Positions 1 to 11,018 of a DNA stretch of 64,000 bases are shown here, piece by piece. Location: IMG/VR virus record IMGVR_UViG_3300027770_000035, one strand, 5' to 3'. Each line of letters begins with the position of its first letter. Positions within the stretch are counted from its first letter, which is position 1. Below the pieces are notes generated by a model. The model was not told the origin of the DNA, ran no database searches, and saw only the letters and a program-made list of their open reading frames with translations. The DNA comes from an uncultured virus (IMG/VR IMGVR_UViG_3300027770_000035). Taxonomy: Duplodnaviria > Heunggongvirae > Uroviricota > Caudoviricetes. The translations under genes were made by a program, and so were the position numbers.

Positions 1-1380
1 TCCCTGCAACCCTGATGCACCAGTCGCACCAATGGGACCTGTGGATCCAGTGAACCCTGATGCTCCTGTGGCACCAATAGGACCAGTGGTTCCCTGCAAC
101 CCTGATGCACCAGTCGCACCAATGGGACCTGTGGATCCAGTGAACCCTGATGCTCCTGTGGCACCAATAGGACCAGTGGTTCCCTGCAACCCTGATGCAC
201 CAGTCGCACCAATAGGACCAGTGGTTCCCTGAAGACCAGAGGCTCCTGTGGCTCCATTAGGACCAGTTGTTCCTCGAAGACCAGATGCTCCTGTGGCACC
301 AATGGGACCAGTCGCACCTGTGAATCCAATCAATCCAGTAGAACCAGCAGCACCAACAACACTGCTGGCAAGCAGCCAATTGGTAGTTGCTGCTCTATAT
401 ACAAGAGTTACATTAAATACACTAGTATCCAGAGCAAGAGGATTATTGCTCTCCATAATATACTGTCCAGCATTATTAGGAGTAATAACGCAACCAGAAA
501 TACCAGTAGACCCTGATACAATGGTTACAAAGTTATTATCAGCAGGTGTTGCAGGAAGAGTTACATTACTGTTATTGTTGATTAACCAATAATTAGAGTT
601 GAGTTGTGCTGTAAATGCACCACCTGTGGCTCCATAGATAGCAATAGATGCATAGGGACCAGTAGCACCAGAGGCACCAGTGAATCCAGAGGCACCTGTG
701 GCTCCAGTAAATCCAGTCGCTCCAGTGAATCCAGAGGCACCTGTGGCACCAGTTGCACCCTGACCTGTGGCTCCAGTGAACCCTGATGCACCTGTGGCAC
801 CAATGGGACCAGTGGTTCCCTGCAACCCAGAGGCACCAGTTGCACCCTGACCTGTGGCTCCGGTGAACCCTGATGCTCCTGTGGCACCAATAGGACCAGT
901 TGTGCCTTGAAGACCAGAGGCTCCTGTGGCACCCTGACCTGTGGCTCCAGTTAGTCCAGAGGCTCCTGTGGCTCCATTAGGACCAGTTGTTCCTCGAAGA
1001 CCAGATGCTCCTGTGGCACCAATGGGACCAGTGGTTCCAGTATAACCAATCAGGCCTGTAGAACCAGCAGCGCCAACAACACTGTTTGCTAACAGCCAAT
1101 CAGTAGTTGATGCTCTATATACAAGAGTTACATTGAATATACTAGTATCCAGAGCAAGACTGCTGGCAGATTGCATAATGGTTTGATTAGTATTAGGATT
1201 AACCACACAACCAGAAATACCAGTAGACCCTGATACAATGGTCACGAAGTTATTGTCAGCAGGTGTTGCAGGAAGATTTACTGTACTGTTATTGTTGATT
1301 AACCAATAATTGCTATTGAGTTGGGCTGTAAATGTACCACCTGTGGCTCCATAGATAGCAATAGATGCATAGGGACCAGT
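1..1380. repeat. Nested repeats in the collagen gene: 90-bp tandem units (1-90, 91-180, partial from 181) and a ~720-bp duplicated module
   Basis: Bases 1-90 recur at 91-180; ggctcctgtggctccattaggaccagttgttcctcgaagaccagatgc occurs at both 241 and 961. Confidence 0.9.
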
Positions 1381-2001
1381 AGCACCAGAGGCACCAGTGA
1401 ATCCAGAGGCACCCTGACCTGTGGCTCCGGTGAATCCTGTGGCACCAGTAGATCCCACCAATCCAGAAGCACCAGTCGCACCCTGACCTGTGGCTCCGGT
1501 GAACCCTGATGCTCCTGTGGCACCAATAGGACCAGTGGTTCCCTGCAAACCAGAGGCACCAGTTGCACCCTGACCTGTGGCTCCAGTGAACCCTGATGCT
1601 CCTGTGGCACCAATAGGACCAGTGGTTCCCTGTAACCCTGATGCACCTGTCGCACCAATAGGACCTGTGGTGCCTTGAAGACCAGAGGCTCCTGTTGCAC
1701 CAATAGGACCTGTGGATCCCTGCAATCCTGAAGCACCAGTGGCTCCTGTTGCCCCCTGACCTGTGGATCCAGTAAATCCGGTTGCTCCTGTCGAGCCTCG
1801 TAATCCTGATGCTCCTGTAGCACCAATAAAACCACCACCAATATTCAAATCTACATACTGTTTATTGGCAGCATCCAATGGATTGATAGGATCTAACACA
1901 CCAAAGATATAGTTCCCATTCATATCGACGTTCGAATGGGAAACAATAGACTGAGTGGTTAAGTCTATATCGAGATAAAATTCTGTGGCACCAGAAGGCA
2001 T
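1..2001 (-). CDS. Collagen-like (G-X-Y) fibre protein, GATG-rich, with repeated globular spacer domains; 3' end lies outside the window
   Basis: Not in the ORF track because it has no stop in the window. Hand translation from ATG at 2001: [20 protein letters not shown]...[36 protein letters not shown]..., then G-X-Y repeats interrupted by two ~100-aa domains ([33 protein letters not shown]...[17 protein letters not shown]). TAAATA late-promoter core at 2008-2013. Confidence 0.88.
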   Translation of the reverse strand, partial: MPSGATEFYLDIDLTTQSIVSHSNVDMNGNYIFGVLDPINPLDAANKQYVDLNIGGGFIGATGASGLRGSTGATGFTGSTGQGATGATGASGLQGSTGPIGATGASGLQGTTGPIGATGASGLQGTTGPIGATGASGFTGATGQGATGASGLQGTTGPIGATGASGFTGATGQGATGASGLVGSTGATGFTGATGQGASGFTGASGATGPYASIAIYGATGGTFTAQLNSNYWLINNNSTVNLPATPADNNFVTIVSGSTGISGCVVNPNTNQTIMQSASSLALDTSIFNVTLVYRASTTDWLLANSVVGAAGSTGLIGYTGTTGPIGATGASGLRGTTGPNGATGASGLTGATGQGATGASGLQGTTGPIGATGASGFTGATGQGATGASGLQGTTGPIGATGASGFTGATGQGATGATGASGFTGATGFTGATGASGFTGASGATGPYASIAIYGATGGAFTAQLNSNYWLINNNSNVTLPATPADNNFVTIVSGSTGISGCVITPNNAGQYIMESNNPLALDTSVFNVTLVYRAATTNWLLASSVVGAAGSTGLIGFTGATGPIGATGASGLRGTTGPNGATGASGLQGTTGPIGATGASGLQGTTGPIGATGASGFTGSTGPIGATGASGLQGTTGPIGATGASGFTGSTGPIGATGASGLQG

Positions 2002-2006
2002 ATATC

Positions 2007-2909
2007 TTATTTAGGTGCTAGTAGAAAGTTCACCCACTTATCGATGTGTTTAGACCAGTCATAGTGCTCTCGGGCATACTCCTGAATATCAGTACAGACT
2101 TTCCTATACTCCTCAGGATATGCCTTGGAATAATTAAGCACACCAACCACATCCTGAACGAATAGATCCTCTGCCATATGAACAGCAAACCCACCTCTAA
2201 GTGCCCGAGAATTTTCTCTGAAGTATCCTACTGGAGTTCCGATACACAACTTACCAGCAGCCGCAGCTTCGAGCATAGGCAGTCCTGCACCCTCTTCGGT
2301 TGATGACATAACCACAGCATCCACACTCTTATAGAAAGAAGGCATTCCAAGGTAATGCGTCTGGGGTCGAATCAAAGGCAGACCGACTTTATCACAGGCA
2401 GACTGGACTAATCGGCCTCGCTTGATTTCCTCTCCCGCAAAATTCCTCGACTCAAATGCCGCAGCATATCCCACCTTATTGAGAGACTGAGACACTGGTG
2501 CATAGAATCGATCAAACTCGATGCCCATATTAAGTACAGCAGGTATTCTCGATATTCCGAAATCAAATGACTTCTCCTTTAGTGTTACAGATACTACTCC
2601 ATAGCCAGCAAGATCTTTATATACTTCAGTTCCGATCTGAGAGTTGGAAAGAAGTATGTCCCATTGGGCGTGAGCCACTGACTTAATCTTCTGAGGTGGA
2701 ATATCATATTGCAGAAGCCACCCAACACCAACCGGAGTTGTGACAAAGTATTCAGTATTGTCAGAGATCGCCAGCATTTCTTCTCTGGTATACTGAGTAA
2801 AGAAGTCCAGGACTTCAGCATTGATTCCATAAGGAAGCAGACGTTTGCATAGAGAGTTATGGATCTGTCCAAAGGCCCATTTAGTTTCTGTGAAAAATAT
2901 AATATTCAT
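2007..2909 (-). CDS. Glycosyltransferase, GT4-like (GT-B fold)
   Basis: EX7E motif: [18 protein letters not shown]. Confidence 0.85.
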   Translation of the reverse strand: MNIIFFTETKWAFGQIHNSLCKRLLPYGINAEVLDFFTQYTREEMLAISDNTEYFVTTPVGVGWLLQYDIPPQKIKSVAHAQWDILLSNSQIGTEVYKDLAGYGVVSVTLKEKSFDFGISRIPAVLNMGIEFDRFYAPVSQSLNKVGYAAAFESRNFAGEEIKRGRLVQSACDKVGLPLIRPQTHYLGMPSFYKSVDAVVMSSTEEGAGLPMLEAAAAGKLCIGTPVGYFRENSRALRGGFAVHMAEDLFVQDVVGVLNYSKAYPEEYRKVCTDIQEYAREHYDWSKHIDKWVNFLLAPK

Positions 2910-2942
2910 ATTAGTTTGTTGTGAACTTTCTCAATCTCGGCA

Positions 2943-3674
2943 TTAAATAGTTTCATCTTTTATCAACCTGAATCCTTCATTCATTGCTCTGGTAAGATCA
3001 TTTCTCATATATTCCATAGAGGTAGAGGCAGTGGCAAGACCATCATCACCATAGGCCCATCCCTTAAGAGATCCCCATTGACTGAAGTCATTCATAGGAT
3101 GAGGAGGAACATATGTCGCCAATGAAGTATACTTCTGGATCATATGTGAGAACCTAATATCTTCGCCGACAAAAGAAACCTGGTCTAGGGGAGGAAGTTC
3201 ACGCCATAGTACAGAAAGCAAATCCCGATGGAAGAACCACTGGTGACCAACTATATCAACCTTGGTGGTTACTTCATTAGGATTATCCCAACCCACACGC
3301 ATAACATTATGATAGATGCCTTCAGGAAATATTACACCAATGGTTCCAAGAAGTCCTGGTGTTTTCTCGTGAGTCTCAAGACAATTCTTCAACCAATTAC
3401 TTCCGGGAATCGTATCATCATCAGTGATGCATACCCAATTGGTTCTAGCATTCAGGGCATAGGCGAATCTGGACCACACACCGAAGTTGGTATTGGCGTA
3501 TGCAGAGACACATTGCTGAGAAGTCTGGTTGTCATATTCGACTCCATCAACAGTGTTTTGCCAGTAGAAGATGTTGGTTGGTTTGACTGATTGATTGACG
3601 AATGCATCATACTGTTCTTTCAGACGATGTGGACGGCGGAACCCATTAAGAATTACTGTTACGTCAGATGTCAT
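2943..3674 (-). CDS. Glycosyltransferase, GT2/GT-A-like
   Basis: N-terminal VTVILNGFRRP, DxD-type ITDDD, later GEDI. Confidence 0.75.
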   Translation of the reverse strand: MTSDVTVILNGFRRPHRLKEQYDAFVNQSVKPTNIFYWQNTVDGVEYDNQTSQQCVSAYANTNFGVWSRFAYALNARTNWVCITDDDTIPGSNWLKNCLETHEKTPGLLGTIGVIFPEGIYHNVMRVGWDNPNEVTTKVDIVGHQWFFHRDLLSVLWRELPPLDQVSFVGEDIRFSHMIQKYTSLATYVPPHPMNDFSQWGSLKGWAYGDDGLATASTSMEYMRNDLTRAMNEGFRLIKDETI

Positions 3675-3750
3675 AGTTGTCCTTCATATAATTCCAATAT
3701 TCAGTTTCACTTTGCTCAATGGCACCCTTGATAAGTATAGCGACTCTCAT
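3664..3750 (-). pseudogene. 28-aa fragment resembling the N-terminus of ORF 5583-6365
   Basis: MRVAILIKGAIEQ... versus MNVAVLLKGAISK...; overlaps both neighbours. Confidence 0.45.
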
Positions 3751-4877
3751 AAGAATCTTGTATTTGGATTGATTGTAAGAATACCCTTCTTAATTTCTTC
3801 AGAATATGGACTATCAGTAAGTACCACAACAGGATATGGATCATACCGTAGAATCTCAGGACTCTTCACCCAAAGATTGGTTCCATATAATCTCTTACCC
3901 TGTTTGTTTACATCATTGTCAAGAACACATTCTGCTCCAGATTTTAATCCCTGACTAACCAGAAATTGAGTCGGAGGATTTGCACCAAAGATAAAATAGT
4001 CCGGAGGTAATTGTTGATTAAGATGCCAGATCAGATCCTCGTAATGTCTGAAGTAACCGTTGGCGTTATATTCATTACGGTTATAATGATTAGGAACCTC
4101 AACCACAGACATATCTACATCAGCCTTTGTCTTGATCTTCAGTGCAGCAAAAAAGATGCTGTGATCGTCACCAAATAATCGTTTCTCGATCAGAGCATAT
4201 CCATTCGCCTTCAGCCAGTATTGAATGTATGGTTCGGAACACATATAACTATGTTCGAATGTAATTGAACTGATATACCTGAAATCAAAGAAATGTTTTT
4301 CGATGTTAGGTACACTGAAGATCATTCGAGTCCCTACTGGCAGAGTACTCAGATGATCGAAGAATAGTGAAGGCTCATAGACGTGTTCAAGGAAATGACT
4401 ATGAGTAATGGTATCAACATCAGAATCAATGACTGTGTTATCAGAGAAGAATTCATTGATGACCTTCACCGTAGAATCTTCAGGCAGAGTTGTTAATGGA
4501 TCAATGATGGTCCAATCAGCGTCTGGAAATTTCTTAAGGTAATGACTTGAGAGGGTTCCGTGGCCTCCACCAATTTCTAGAATTTTCTTGGAGGAATATT
4601 TCTGCACGAAGTCACAGAATTGAGAGTGATGATCTGCCCAAATTTTTCCTACTGTGCCTGAGAAGTGTGACTTGCGATATACCTTATCCAGAGGAAGTAA
4701 CTGCCTCATCTGAATCATACCAGTGCCTCGGCTGATAGCAAATTCTAGATCAGCAAACTCATCAGTGGATGGATCCTCATCAGTACATCCATGAAATATA
4801 GGAATATCATAGTATGTCTTTAGGTGCTCCAGATCAGCAGCACCACTAACCACATCATTTTTTCTAATCATTTTCAC
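3747..4877 (-). CDS. Class I SAM methyltransferase, NDP-sugar C-methyltransferase-like
   Basis: KILEIGGGHG, HSHFLEHV, FEH, and a C-terminal Rossmann-like FIFGA...VLDND domain. Confidence 0.75.
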   Translation of the reverse strand: MKMIRKNDVVSGAADLEHLKTYYDIPIFHGCTDEDPSTDEFADLEFAISRGTGMIQMRQLLPLDKVYRKSHFSGTVGKIWADHHSQFCDFVQKYSSKKILEIGGGHGTLSSHYLKKFPDADWTIIDPLTTLPEDSTVKVINEFFSDNTVIDSDVDTITHSHFLEHVYEPSLFFDHLSTLPVGTRMIFSVPNIEKHFFDFRYISSITFEHSYMCSEPYIQYWLKANGYALIEKRLFGDDHSIFFAALKIKTKADVDMSVVEVPNHYNRNEYNANGYFRHYEDLIWHLNQQLPPDYFIFGANPPTQFLVSQGLKSGAECVLDNDVNKQGKRLYGTNLWVKSPEILRYDPYPVVVLTDSPYSEEIKKGILTINPNTRFL

Positions 4878-5581
4878 TCACCCCATATACAAATTTTATC
4901 AGAGAACCCAGACACTCCTGTGGAGTAGCATCGTTTATTTCTCACATCATTATTTAACCATCTATCTACGGTAGAACCTACATCGATATATGTATTAGTT
5001 TTATTAGACGACCACAATTGATGGGCCAATATATTTCCAAGAGGACCACAAGAAAATAAAATTAGATGATCAGAATACTTCTTACTTTGAATTTCTCGAA
5101 TCACATTCAGATTATCTACCCAAGCATTATATCCTACAGGATAGAAGTCGGTGACATTGAATGGAAGTTTAATTACATGACTGTTCTCATTAGCGACCAA
5201 AACTATCTTATCCCGTTTAGAAAATTCTGGAATAACGTTATCTAGGTAGAATTGATAATTGCCGTTGACAAATAGATTCGCAAATGTGAGATGGTCGTCA
5301 TCCTGACCTGATGCCTTCACCATATCATAATGAGCTTGTCCTTGGCAGCAGGGACAAGATATTCCGACGTAATACCCAGGATCGTTATATTGGAATGATT
5401 GGATTAGTAATTGGATAGATGGTATTGTATCTTTAGAAATAATCCATTCACCATTTCCAGGATATCCTCCGACTCCACACATAGCCATCCACTCTCCATC
5501 TGCATACTTCGAGAAACAGAACGGTTCTCCGGATTTCATCTTATGTAAAAATTTCTGAATTTCATCACTGAATAGTTTCAA
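4874..5581 (-). CDS. Putative GT-D fold (DUF1792-like) glycosyltransferase
   Basis: FSKYADGE ... SCGPLGNILAHQL ... YIDVGS parallels the GT-D pattern RFGDGE...GPTATVLAYDL...IDIGH. Confidence 0.55.
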   Translation of the reverse strand: MKLFSDEIQKFLHKMKSGEPFCFSKYADGEWMAMCGVGGYPGNGEWIISKDTIPSIQLLIQSFQYNDPGYYVGISCPCCQGQAHYDMVKASGQDDDHLTFANLFVNGNYQFYLDNVIPEFSKRDKIVLVANENSHVIKLPFNVTDFYPVGYNAWVDNLNVIREIQSKKYSDHLILFSCGPLGNILAHQLWSSNKTNTYIDVGSTVDRWLNNDVRNKRCYSTGVSGFSDKICIWGE

Positions 5582-5582
5582 T

Positions 5583-6365
5583 TTACCAATCTCCTAATTG
5601 GTATGTAAGTATTTCTTGTGGATATATTCCATATTGTGATATTCTTTCTGGAACAAGCCTACCATCAGATAATTGCATACCCAATTTCCTGATTACTTCT
5701 TGGTCCCTTCCTGCCAAGATATCATCCATTTCTAAAGGTTTATGCATAAAATTAAGAATATATTGTCCCATGACCTCATGAGGTGTTGGAGGATTGTCTA
5801 TAGAAATAGAATTATATATGTTTCCAAAAAGAAGGGCATTATGATAATTCATCACAAAGTGGAAATCCCCATTTTGATTAGTGCAATGATTGCAGTAAAT
5901 TGTATCCTGAGAATATTGTTCGAGAATTATGTCCTTCCATAATAAGACATCTAATCGATAAAAAATAGTTCGATCATATTGAGTTTCACTTTTGGTTACA
6001 TATTGTTCGAGTAAATCTGTGACTCGTTTAATAGATAAACAATGAGATACTTGACCAAAATCTTGGACGGGAGCACCACAAGAATGAATCTTATTCAACA
6101 ATTCTTGGGTGTATATATCATTTGATTCAAACAAGTATGATTTTGGGCTATACAATTCTACTAATTCTTGTTGCAATTCTGGGTGCCAAGTATGTATGAA
6201 AAAATCAAAACTATGAGAAGGATTTGCCTTAACGATATGTTGTATGATTGAATTATAACAAGACTTGTAATTAACAAAATTCCCTGGTCTATCTGAACCT
6301 CCAGGTAAGTTGGACCTGCCAGTAGTCTTTGATATCGCTCCCTTCAATAAAACGGCCACATTCAT
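5583..6365 (-). CDS. Hypothetical glycan-related protein
   Basis: VAVLLKG...DFFIHTW...YDRTIFYRLD pattern typical of ORFs in glycosylation loci; position within the cluster. Confidence 0.5.
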   Translation of the reverse strand: MNVAVLLKGAISKTTGRSNLPGGSDRPGNFVNYKSCYNSIIQHIVKANPSHSFDFFIHTWHPELQQELVELYSPKSYLFESNDIYTQELLNKIHSCGAPVQDFGQVSHCLSIKRVTDLLEQYVTKSETQYDRTIFYRLDVLLWKDIILEQYSQDTIYCNHCTNQNGDFHFVMNYHNALLFGNIYNSISIDNPPTPHEVMGQYILNFMHKPLEMDDILAGRDQEVIRKLGMQLSDGRLVPERISQYGIYPQEILTYQLGDW

Positions 6366-6370
6366 AATAA

Positions 6371-7042
6371 TTATTTCCTATTTAAGAATATTTTTTCAAT
6401 GTATTTAGTATGTTGGGTTCCATCTCCACTAGTGAACACCTGAATTCCAGGATCGTCTAAATGGTTCAGATATATTTTGGATGCAGATATTAGATGGAAC
6501 ATTAGACTCCATCGTCTTTCCATAGCACATGCCTGTTCTTTAGTTGTTGGAGGGATCAACCATTCGTTAGGAATTCTGTTTAATGTGCTTCTGTTAACAG
6601 CAAATATTGGTCCGAATATTCCAAATTCTGGATAAGAGTGTATAAATGGAGATAGATCCTCCTCTGCCCATCGTTGAGAGAAATGATCGTATCTGAAATT
6701 AAAAAAGGGTACTACATCATATTTAGAAAGAAGATCATTCAATTCATTGAACAAGTCTTTATTTTTAATTGAAATCGAATCCTGCAAGAATATGTATGAG
6801 TCGGCGACATATGTGTTATATGCATATATAAATGCTCCAGAATCCCTTTGACTAACAAGCATTCTATCAAATTTATAATTCGGGTATTCCTGTTTCAGTT
6901 CATTAAATTCTAATAGATACTGGGCATCTGTAGAATTTGTATCGACTACCAACACTTCATGTCCATATAAAGAAATACCTGAGATCTCTGCTAACAGAGA
7001 CCTCAGTAAATCCGCTCTGTTATGAGAAGCGATTACAATCAT
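6371..7042 (-). CDS. Glycosyltransferase, GT-A-like
   Basis: IVIASHNR...EVLVVDTNSTD...YIFLQDS. Confidence 0.65.
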   Translation of the reverse strand: MIVIASHNRADLLRSLLAEISGISLYGHEVLVVDTNSTDAQYLLEFNELKQEYPNYKFDRMLVSQRDSGAFIYAYNTYVADSYIFLQDSISIKNKDLFNELNDLLSKYDVVPFFNFRYDHFSQRWAEEDLSPFIHSYPEFGIFGPIFAVNRSTLNRIPNEWLIPPTTKEQACAMERRWSLMFHLISASKIYLNHLDDPGIQVFTSGDGTQHTKYIEKIFLNRK

Positions 7043-7731
7043 GACTTAGTGGCCTTAACGAATATCCATTGGTTATGAGCATCAGAAAAAGAAGGACGAA
7101 TGGTAGTCTCGATATTCTTGAACCCAATTTCTTCAAAATCTTTAATTAGCTGAATTGGATTAGTTACGCTAACATCATGTCCGCTATTAGTACTAGTTGC
7201 ATGTACAGCATCAACATAATACTCTTCAGCATTTGGATGATCAACACCATAACCCATTTGTATCGATACAATTCCATTCGGAGCCAAAGCCTTATACATA
7301 CTTTCTAAAATCTTTCTACGAACTGAATACACACAAATATGTTGTAAGACAATTGTAGACATAATATAATCATAATGATTGTCTTCAGCAGATCCAAGAT
7401 CATTTCCGTTTGTCACAAAGAACTTGAAGTTCTTGTAATTTTGACTAGTGAGTAACGTCTTACAATACTCAATATTAGATCTACTAATATCACAACCATG
7501 AGCTTCCTTAACATTAAAACGTCCTAGCATGTTCATGACATTTCGACCACACCCACATCCAAAATCTAAAACTTTTTTATTTGTCCAATCTCCTTCTGAT
7601 AGTGGACCTAATAAAATATTCCAATAGTCAGGATTCGCATCATGATGTCTATGATTCCCCTCAGACATTCTAGGAGTTTCTGCTTCGTAGAAATCTCTTT
7701 GCATGTCAATATAATCTTTTTCTGTTCTCAT
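7039..7731 (-). CDS. Class I SAM-dependent methyltransferase
   Basis: KVLDFGCGCG, GCDIS, YDYIMSTIVLQHI. Confidence 0.85.
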   Translation of the reverse strand: MRTEKDYIDMQRDFYEAETPRMSEGNHRHHDANPDYWNILLGPLSEGDWTNKKVLDFGCGCGRNVMNMLGRFNVKEAHGCDISRSNIEYCKTLLTSQNYKNFKFFVTNGNDLGSAEDNHYDYIMSTIVLQHICVYSVRRKILESMYKALAPNGIVSIQMGYGVDHPNAEEYYVDAVHATSTNSGHDVSVTNPIQLIKDFEEIGFKNIETTIRPSFSDAHNQWIFVKATKS

Positions 7732-7746
7732 ATTATTCCTTATCTC

Positions 7747-9120
7747 TTATTTGTTCGACTCTACGAAATATGTTAAATCTTCTGGCGTGCCTAGTCCCCA
7801 CATTTTATCAACATTGAATGTTTTGACCTTTTTTCCATCTTCAATAGCTTGATTAAACACCGGGCAAACATAGAATTCTCCATTTGTACGAATATTTTTT
7901 TCAATCATATTCTCGGCATATTTTACATAATCAGATCCCTTAGCCCAATAATACACACCAACTGTGGCAATATTAGATATGGGATTCTTCTCGGCAACCT
8001 CAGTGACATATCCCATATCATCGATCTTAGCAAAAGACCATTTAGGGTGAGTGGCCGTGAATGTGACCATTCCGGCATCAACATGGGGATCCTCCATCTT
8101 ATACATGAATTCGTTTGAATTCCATTCTAAAAACTGATCTGAATTTGCCATCATTAATGGTTGGTCATTATCAATATATTTCTTGGCAAGTAGAGTGGTA
8201 CACGCAGCACCTTCTGTTACTCCATCTACCTCTACTAGTATACTACCAGGAGAGACTAAAGTCAATAGAGAATCTAGATTATATTTCTCTCTATGGGCCT
8301 TCTGCACTACGAAAATGAATCTACCAGTCACATTCAGATTCTCTACTACTGCTTGAATCATGGGTTTTCCGAAAACATCAATCAATGGTTTCGGAAATGT
8401 GTATCCCGCTGATTCAAATCTCGAACCCGCACCTGCCATCGGAATCAATATATTCATATTACCACCTTGCCATTTAGGAATTGGGTTGGTTGTGTTATTT
8501 TCTATGTTATGAATTTTATCCATAATCTTTGTTACACTGACATCTTCAGAATTTTTTACACGTAGAACATGAGCACCAGATGTGGCTGCTGCAAGTAGAC
8601 CGTGTGGAGAATCTTCTATGATCAATGTTTCTTCTGGGTATACATTAAGATCCATCATTGCTCTCCAGTATATACTGGGATGAGGTTTAGACAACACGAC
8701 ATCTTCATTAGAAAATATGACATCCATGTATGATTCAATCCCAATCTTATTCAAAGAAATCAAAACAGTTTGTTGAATAGAATTAGAGCAACATCCAAGA
8801 ACATATCCATGTGATCTTAATTCTTCGCACAGAACTATTAGTTTTGTGTTTTCTCGGAGGTTGATAATAATATCTAATGTGAGATCTTGTTTTCTTGACC
8901 AAATTTTAGAATAACTTTCTTCAGGAAGACCTTTGGTCTGAGTCAATAATTTGAGCTTGTCATTAGTCTTCAGACCATCATACAATTTCATATGGTCTGT
9001 CATAGAAATGATATATTCTTGACCAACTACCTGCAATATAGCCGCATTCAAAGTTTCGTAATGAATCGCTTTGGTGTCTATCAATACCCCATCAAGATCG
9101 AATAAAATACACTTAATCAT
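7747..9120 (-). CDS. HAD phosphatase fused to a sugar-phosphate nucleotidyltransferase
   Basis: N-terminal ILFDLDGVL...KPHP...IEDS; C-terminal NILIPMAGAGSRF...FPKPLI...GLGTPEDL. Confidence 0.88.
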   Translation of the reverse strand: MIKCILFDLDGVLIDTKAIHYETLNAAILQVVGQEYIISMTDHMKLYDGLKTNDKLKLLTQTKGLPEESYSKIWSRKQDLTLDIIINLRENTKLIVLCEELRSHGYVLGCCSNSIQQTVLISLNKIGIESYMDVIFSNEDVVLSKPHPSIYWRAMMDLNVYPEETLIIEDSPHGLLAAATSGAHVLRVKNSEDVSVTKIMDKIHNIENNTTNPIPKWQGGNMNILIPMAGAGSRFESAGYTFPKPLIDVFGKPMIQAVVENLNVTGRFIFVVQKAHREKYNLDSLLTLVSPGSILVEVDGVTEGAACTTLLAKKYIDNDQPLMMANSDQFLEWNSNEFMYKMEDPHVDAGMVTFTATHPKWSFAKIDDMGYVTEVAEKNPISNIATVGVYYWAKGSDYVKYAENMIEKNIRTNGEFYVCPVFNQAIEDGKKVKTFNVDKMWGLGTPEDLTYFVESNK

Positions 9121-9854
9121 CTACACCCTCTGTGGTTTATATCTATTCCATAATCACTGAGCATATTTATTAGATCTGGATATTCAGAAACATTCCATTT
9201 CCCACCAAAACAAGCAGTTGCAACATATGGGAGACAAAGGGAATCAAAATGCCCCCCAACCAATTTTCCTCTGCCTTTAACGCAAGCACCAATAGTAGTG
9301 ATCTTACTTAAATTTGGAGAAGTTTCTGGTTCACTCCTCACAGAGGGAATATCACAAGAGGATACCAATTGTTTCAATAAATCTTTTCTCCATATAGTAG
9401 CCTGAGTACTGAAAAAGTATGTTTCATCCGGATGTATGACATAAATATTATCATCATAATCGGCGATTGGGGTAGCTCCACTTTGGAGCAATCGAATAAA
9501 TCCTATTCTAGAATCATTCTTCATGGTTTCAATTAATGTGTTTAACAAGACATTATCGGTAGGTGCATAAAGAACATAGTCCTCTAGCATAAATAGAACG
9601 AACTCTGTGTCAATATGATCTAGTGATTCGGATAATCTATTAGAAAAATAAGAGTCTTTCTGATATATTGTCTGAGTTATACTATAGTCTTGAAGAATAT
9701 ATTGATCTGTTACTACATGGTGTGGTACATCAGAACCAAGATAGTTCTTCAAGCATGTAAAATACATTGGCCAAATATCTGCACAATCAGAATGAGCATG
9801 AGTAAGTACAGTTAAATTGTTAACGGCGATGGTCATGAAAGAATCCCATGTCAT
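9117..9854 (-). CDS. Putative glycosyltransferase (start uncertain)
   Basis: FVLFMLEDY...QATIWRKD pattern; cluster context. Confidence 0.5.
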   Translation of the reverse strand: MTWDSFMTIAVNNLTVLTHAHSDCADIWPMYFTCLKNYLGSDVPHHVVTDQYILQDYSITQTIYQKDSYFSNRLSESLDHIDTEFVLFMLEDYVLYAPTDNVLLNTLIETMKNDSRIGFIRLLQSGATPIADYDDNIYVIHPDETYFFSTQATIWRKDLLKQLVSSCDIPSVRSEPETSPNLSKITTIGACVKGRGKLVGGHFDSLCLPYVATACFGGKWNVSEYPDLINMLSDYGIDINHRGCR

Positions 9855-10440
9855 TCTCTTCTAATGAATTATTACTAGTAATATCAAAAATCTTAGGATT
9901 AATTCCATAATCCCAAAGAATTTTACCAAAAGATAATTCTGCACAATCATTTACCAATTCTAATTGAATATCAATATCATAAAATTTCTTAACCAGGGTT
10001 CCGGTCATTATCACGTCTTCTAACATGATATATGGGTATTCCAGAGAATTATCTATATTTCCTCCAGTGCCGACATATCGACGAAATACAATATTATAAT
10101 TATCCAGTTCTTCCACTAATGACATAATTTTTTCTTTATTTACTGGATATATGTCATCATGAGAAAAGATGACCACATAATCTTCAATATTCGGAATTGA
10201 CTTTGCGGCCATCTTTAATGATTGAAGTGTAGAATTCAATGCACCAAGTTGCCAACCTTGATTTTGACCCCACACTTCGAACACAACATTATCTGGCAGA
10301 CCCTCTGGTCTGGGGATCCCATTCGATGCAATAAAAATTGGAGGAAACCCGAACAAATTATTTACAATATTGACATTATGTAGTAACTTATCTACATTAT
10401 AACAAGCATTCATACAGTAAATAATTTGTTCAGATGTCAT
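9820..10440 (-). CDS. Putative glycosyltransferase
   Basis: NQGWQLG...VIFSHDD (DxD-like); cluster context. Confidence 0.5.
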   Translation of the reverse strand: MTSEQIIYCMNACYNVDKLLHNVNIVNNLFGFPPIFIASNGIPRPEGLPDNVVFEVWGQNQGWQLGALNSTLQSLKMAAKSIPNIEDYVVIFSHDDIYPVNKEKIMSLVEELDNYNIVFRRYVGTGGNIDNSLEYPYIMLEDVIMTGTLVKKFYDIDIQLELVNDCAELSFGKILWDYGINPKIFDITSNNSLEENDMGFFHDHRR

Positions 10441-10442
10441 AA

Positions 10443-11018
10443 TTATTTCCTCGTAATTTCAATCAACATGTCATCACCACGACCCTTGACGTTTCTTAGA
10501 TCCATAATATTATAATCATATACTGTGTCGTCAATATTATCCATCAATTTGGTGATGTTGTCATAGTCCAAGTCCTCGATTACCATCTTACCATCCGGTT
10601 TGAGGAACTTCATATAGTTATTGAGAAGAAAAATTTCATCGTGAACAAGGTGAGTACCATCATCAATAATGATATCGAATTGTTTGTCTTCGATTAACTT
10701 CAGAGTCTTGAAACAATATGCATTGACTAACTGATGATTGGTGATTCGATCTGCTCCAATCAGATCGAATAGACGAGTAGAGAACTTATCCTGAATATCA
10801 ATAGTAGTGAACTTGGCCATAGGAAGAAGCTGACTCATTGCAAAAACAAAGCCTCCCTGCCAACATCCCACTTCCAAAATCTCACATTCCTTATCCTTAT
10901 ATGGAGTTAGGAGTTGTTCGTAATAAGGACAATATGAATGCTCGGATGCCTTATCAGTACCTCCTTCAAACCAAAAACCATTCAGGTTATTATCGGTGAT
11001 GATTTCTTCTAGTGTCAT
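10443..11018 (-). CDS. SAM-dependent sugar O-methyltransferase-like protein
   Basis: GTDK..HSY..YE..ILEVGCWQG..FDIIIDDGTH..VIED. Confidence 0.75.
   Translation of the reverse strand: MTLEEIITDNNLNGFWFEGGTDKASEHSYCPYYEQLLTPYKDKECEILEVGCWQGGFVFAMSQLLPMAKFTTIDIQDKFSTRLFDLIGADRITNHQLVNAYCFKTLKLIEDKQFDIIIDDGTHLVHDEIFLLNNYMKFLKPDGKMVIEDLDYDNITKLMDNIDDTVYDYNIMDLRNVKGRGDDMLIEITRK

Noticed and set aside
32..1841. Track ORFs in the first 1.9 kb (PVAP-rich plus-strand and VPQ-rich minus-strand)
   Set aside because: Shadow frames of the collagen repeat; the real frame starts at 2001 on the minus strand and has no stop in the window
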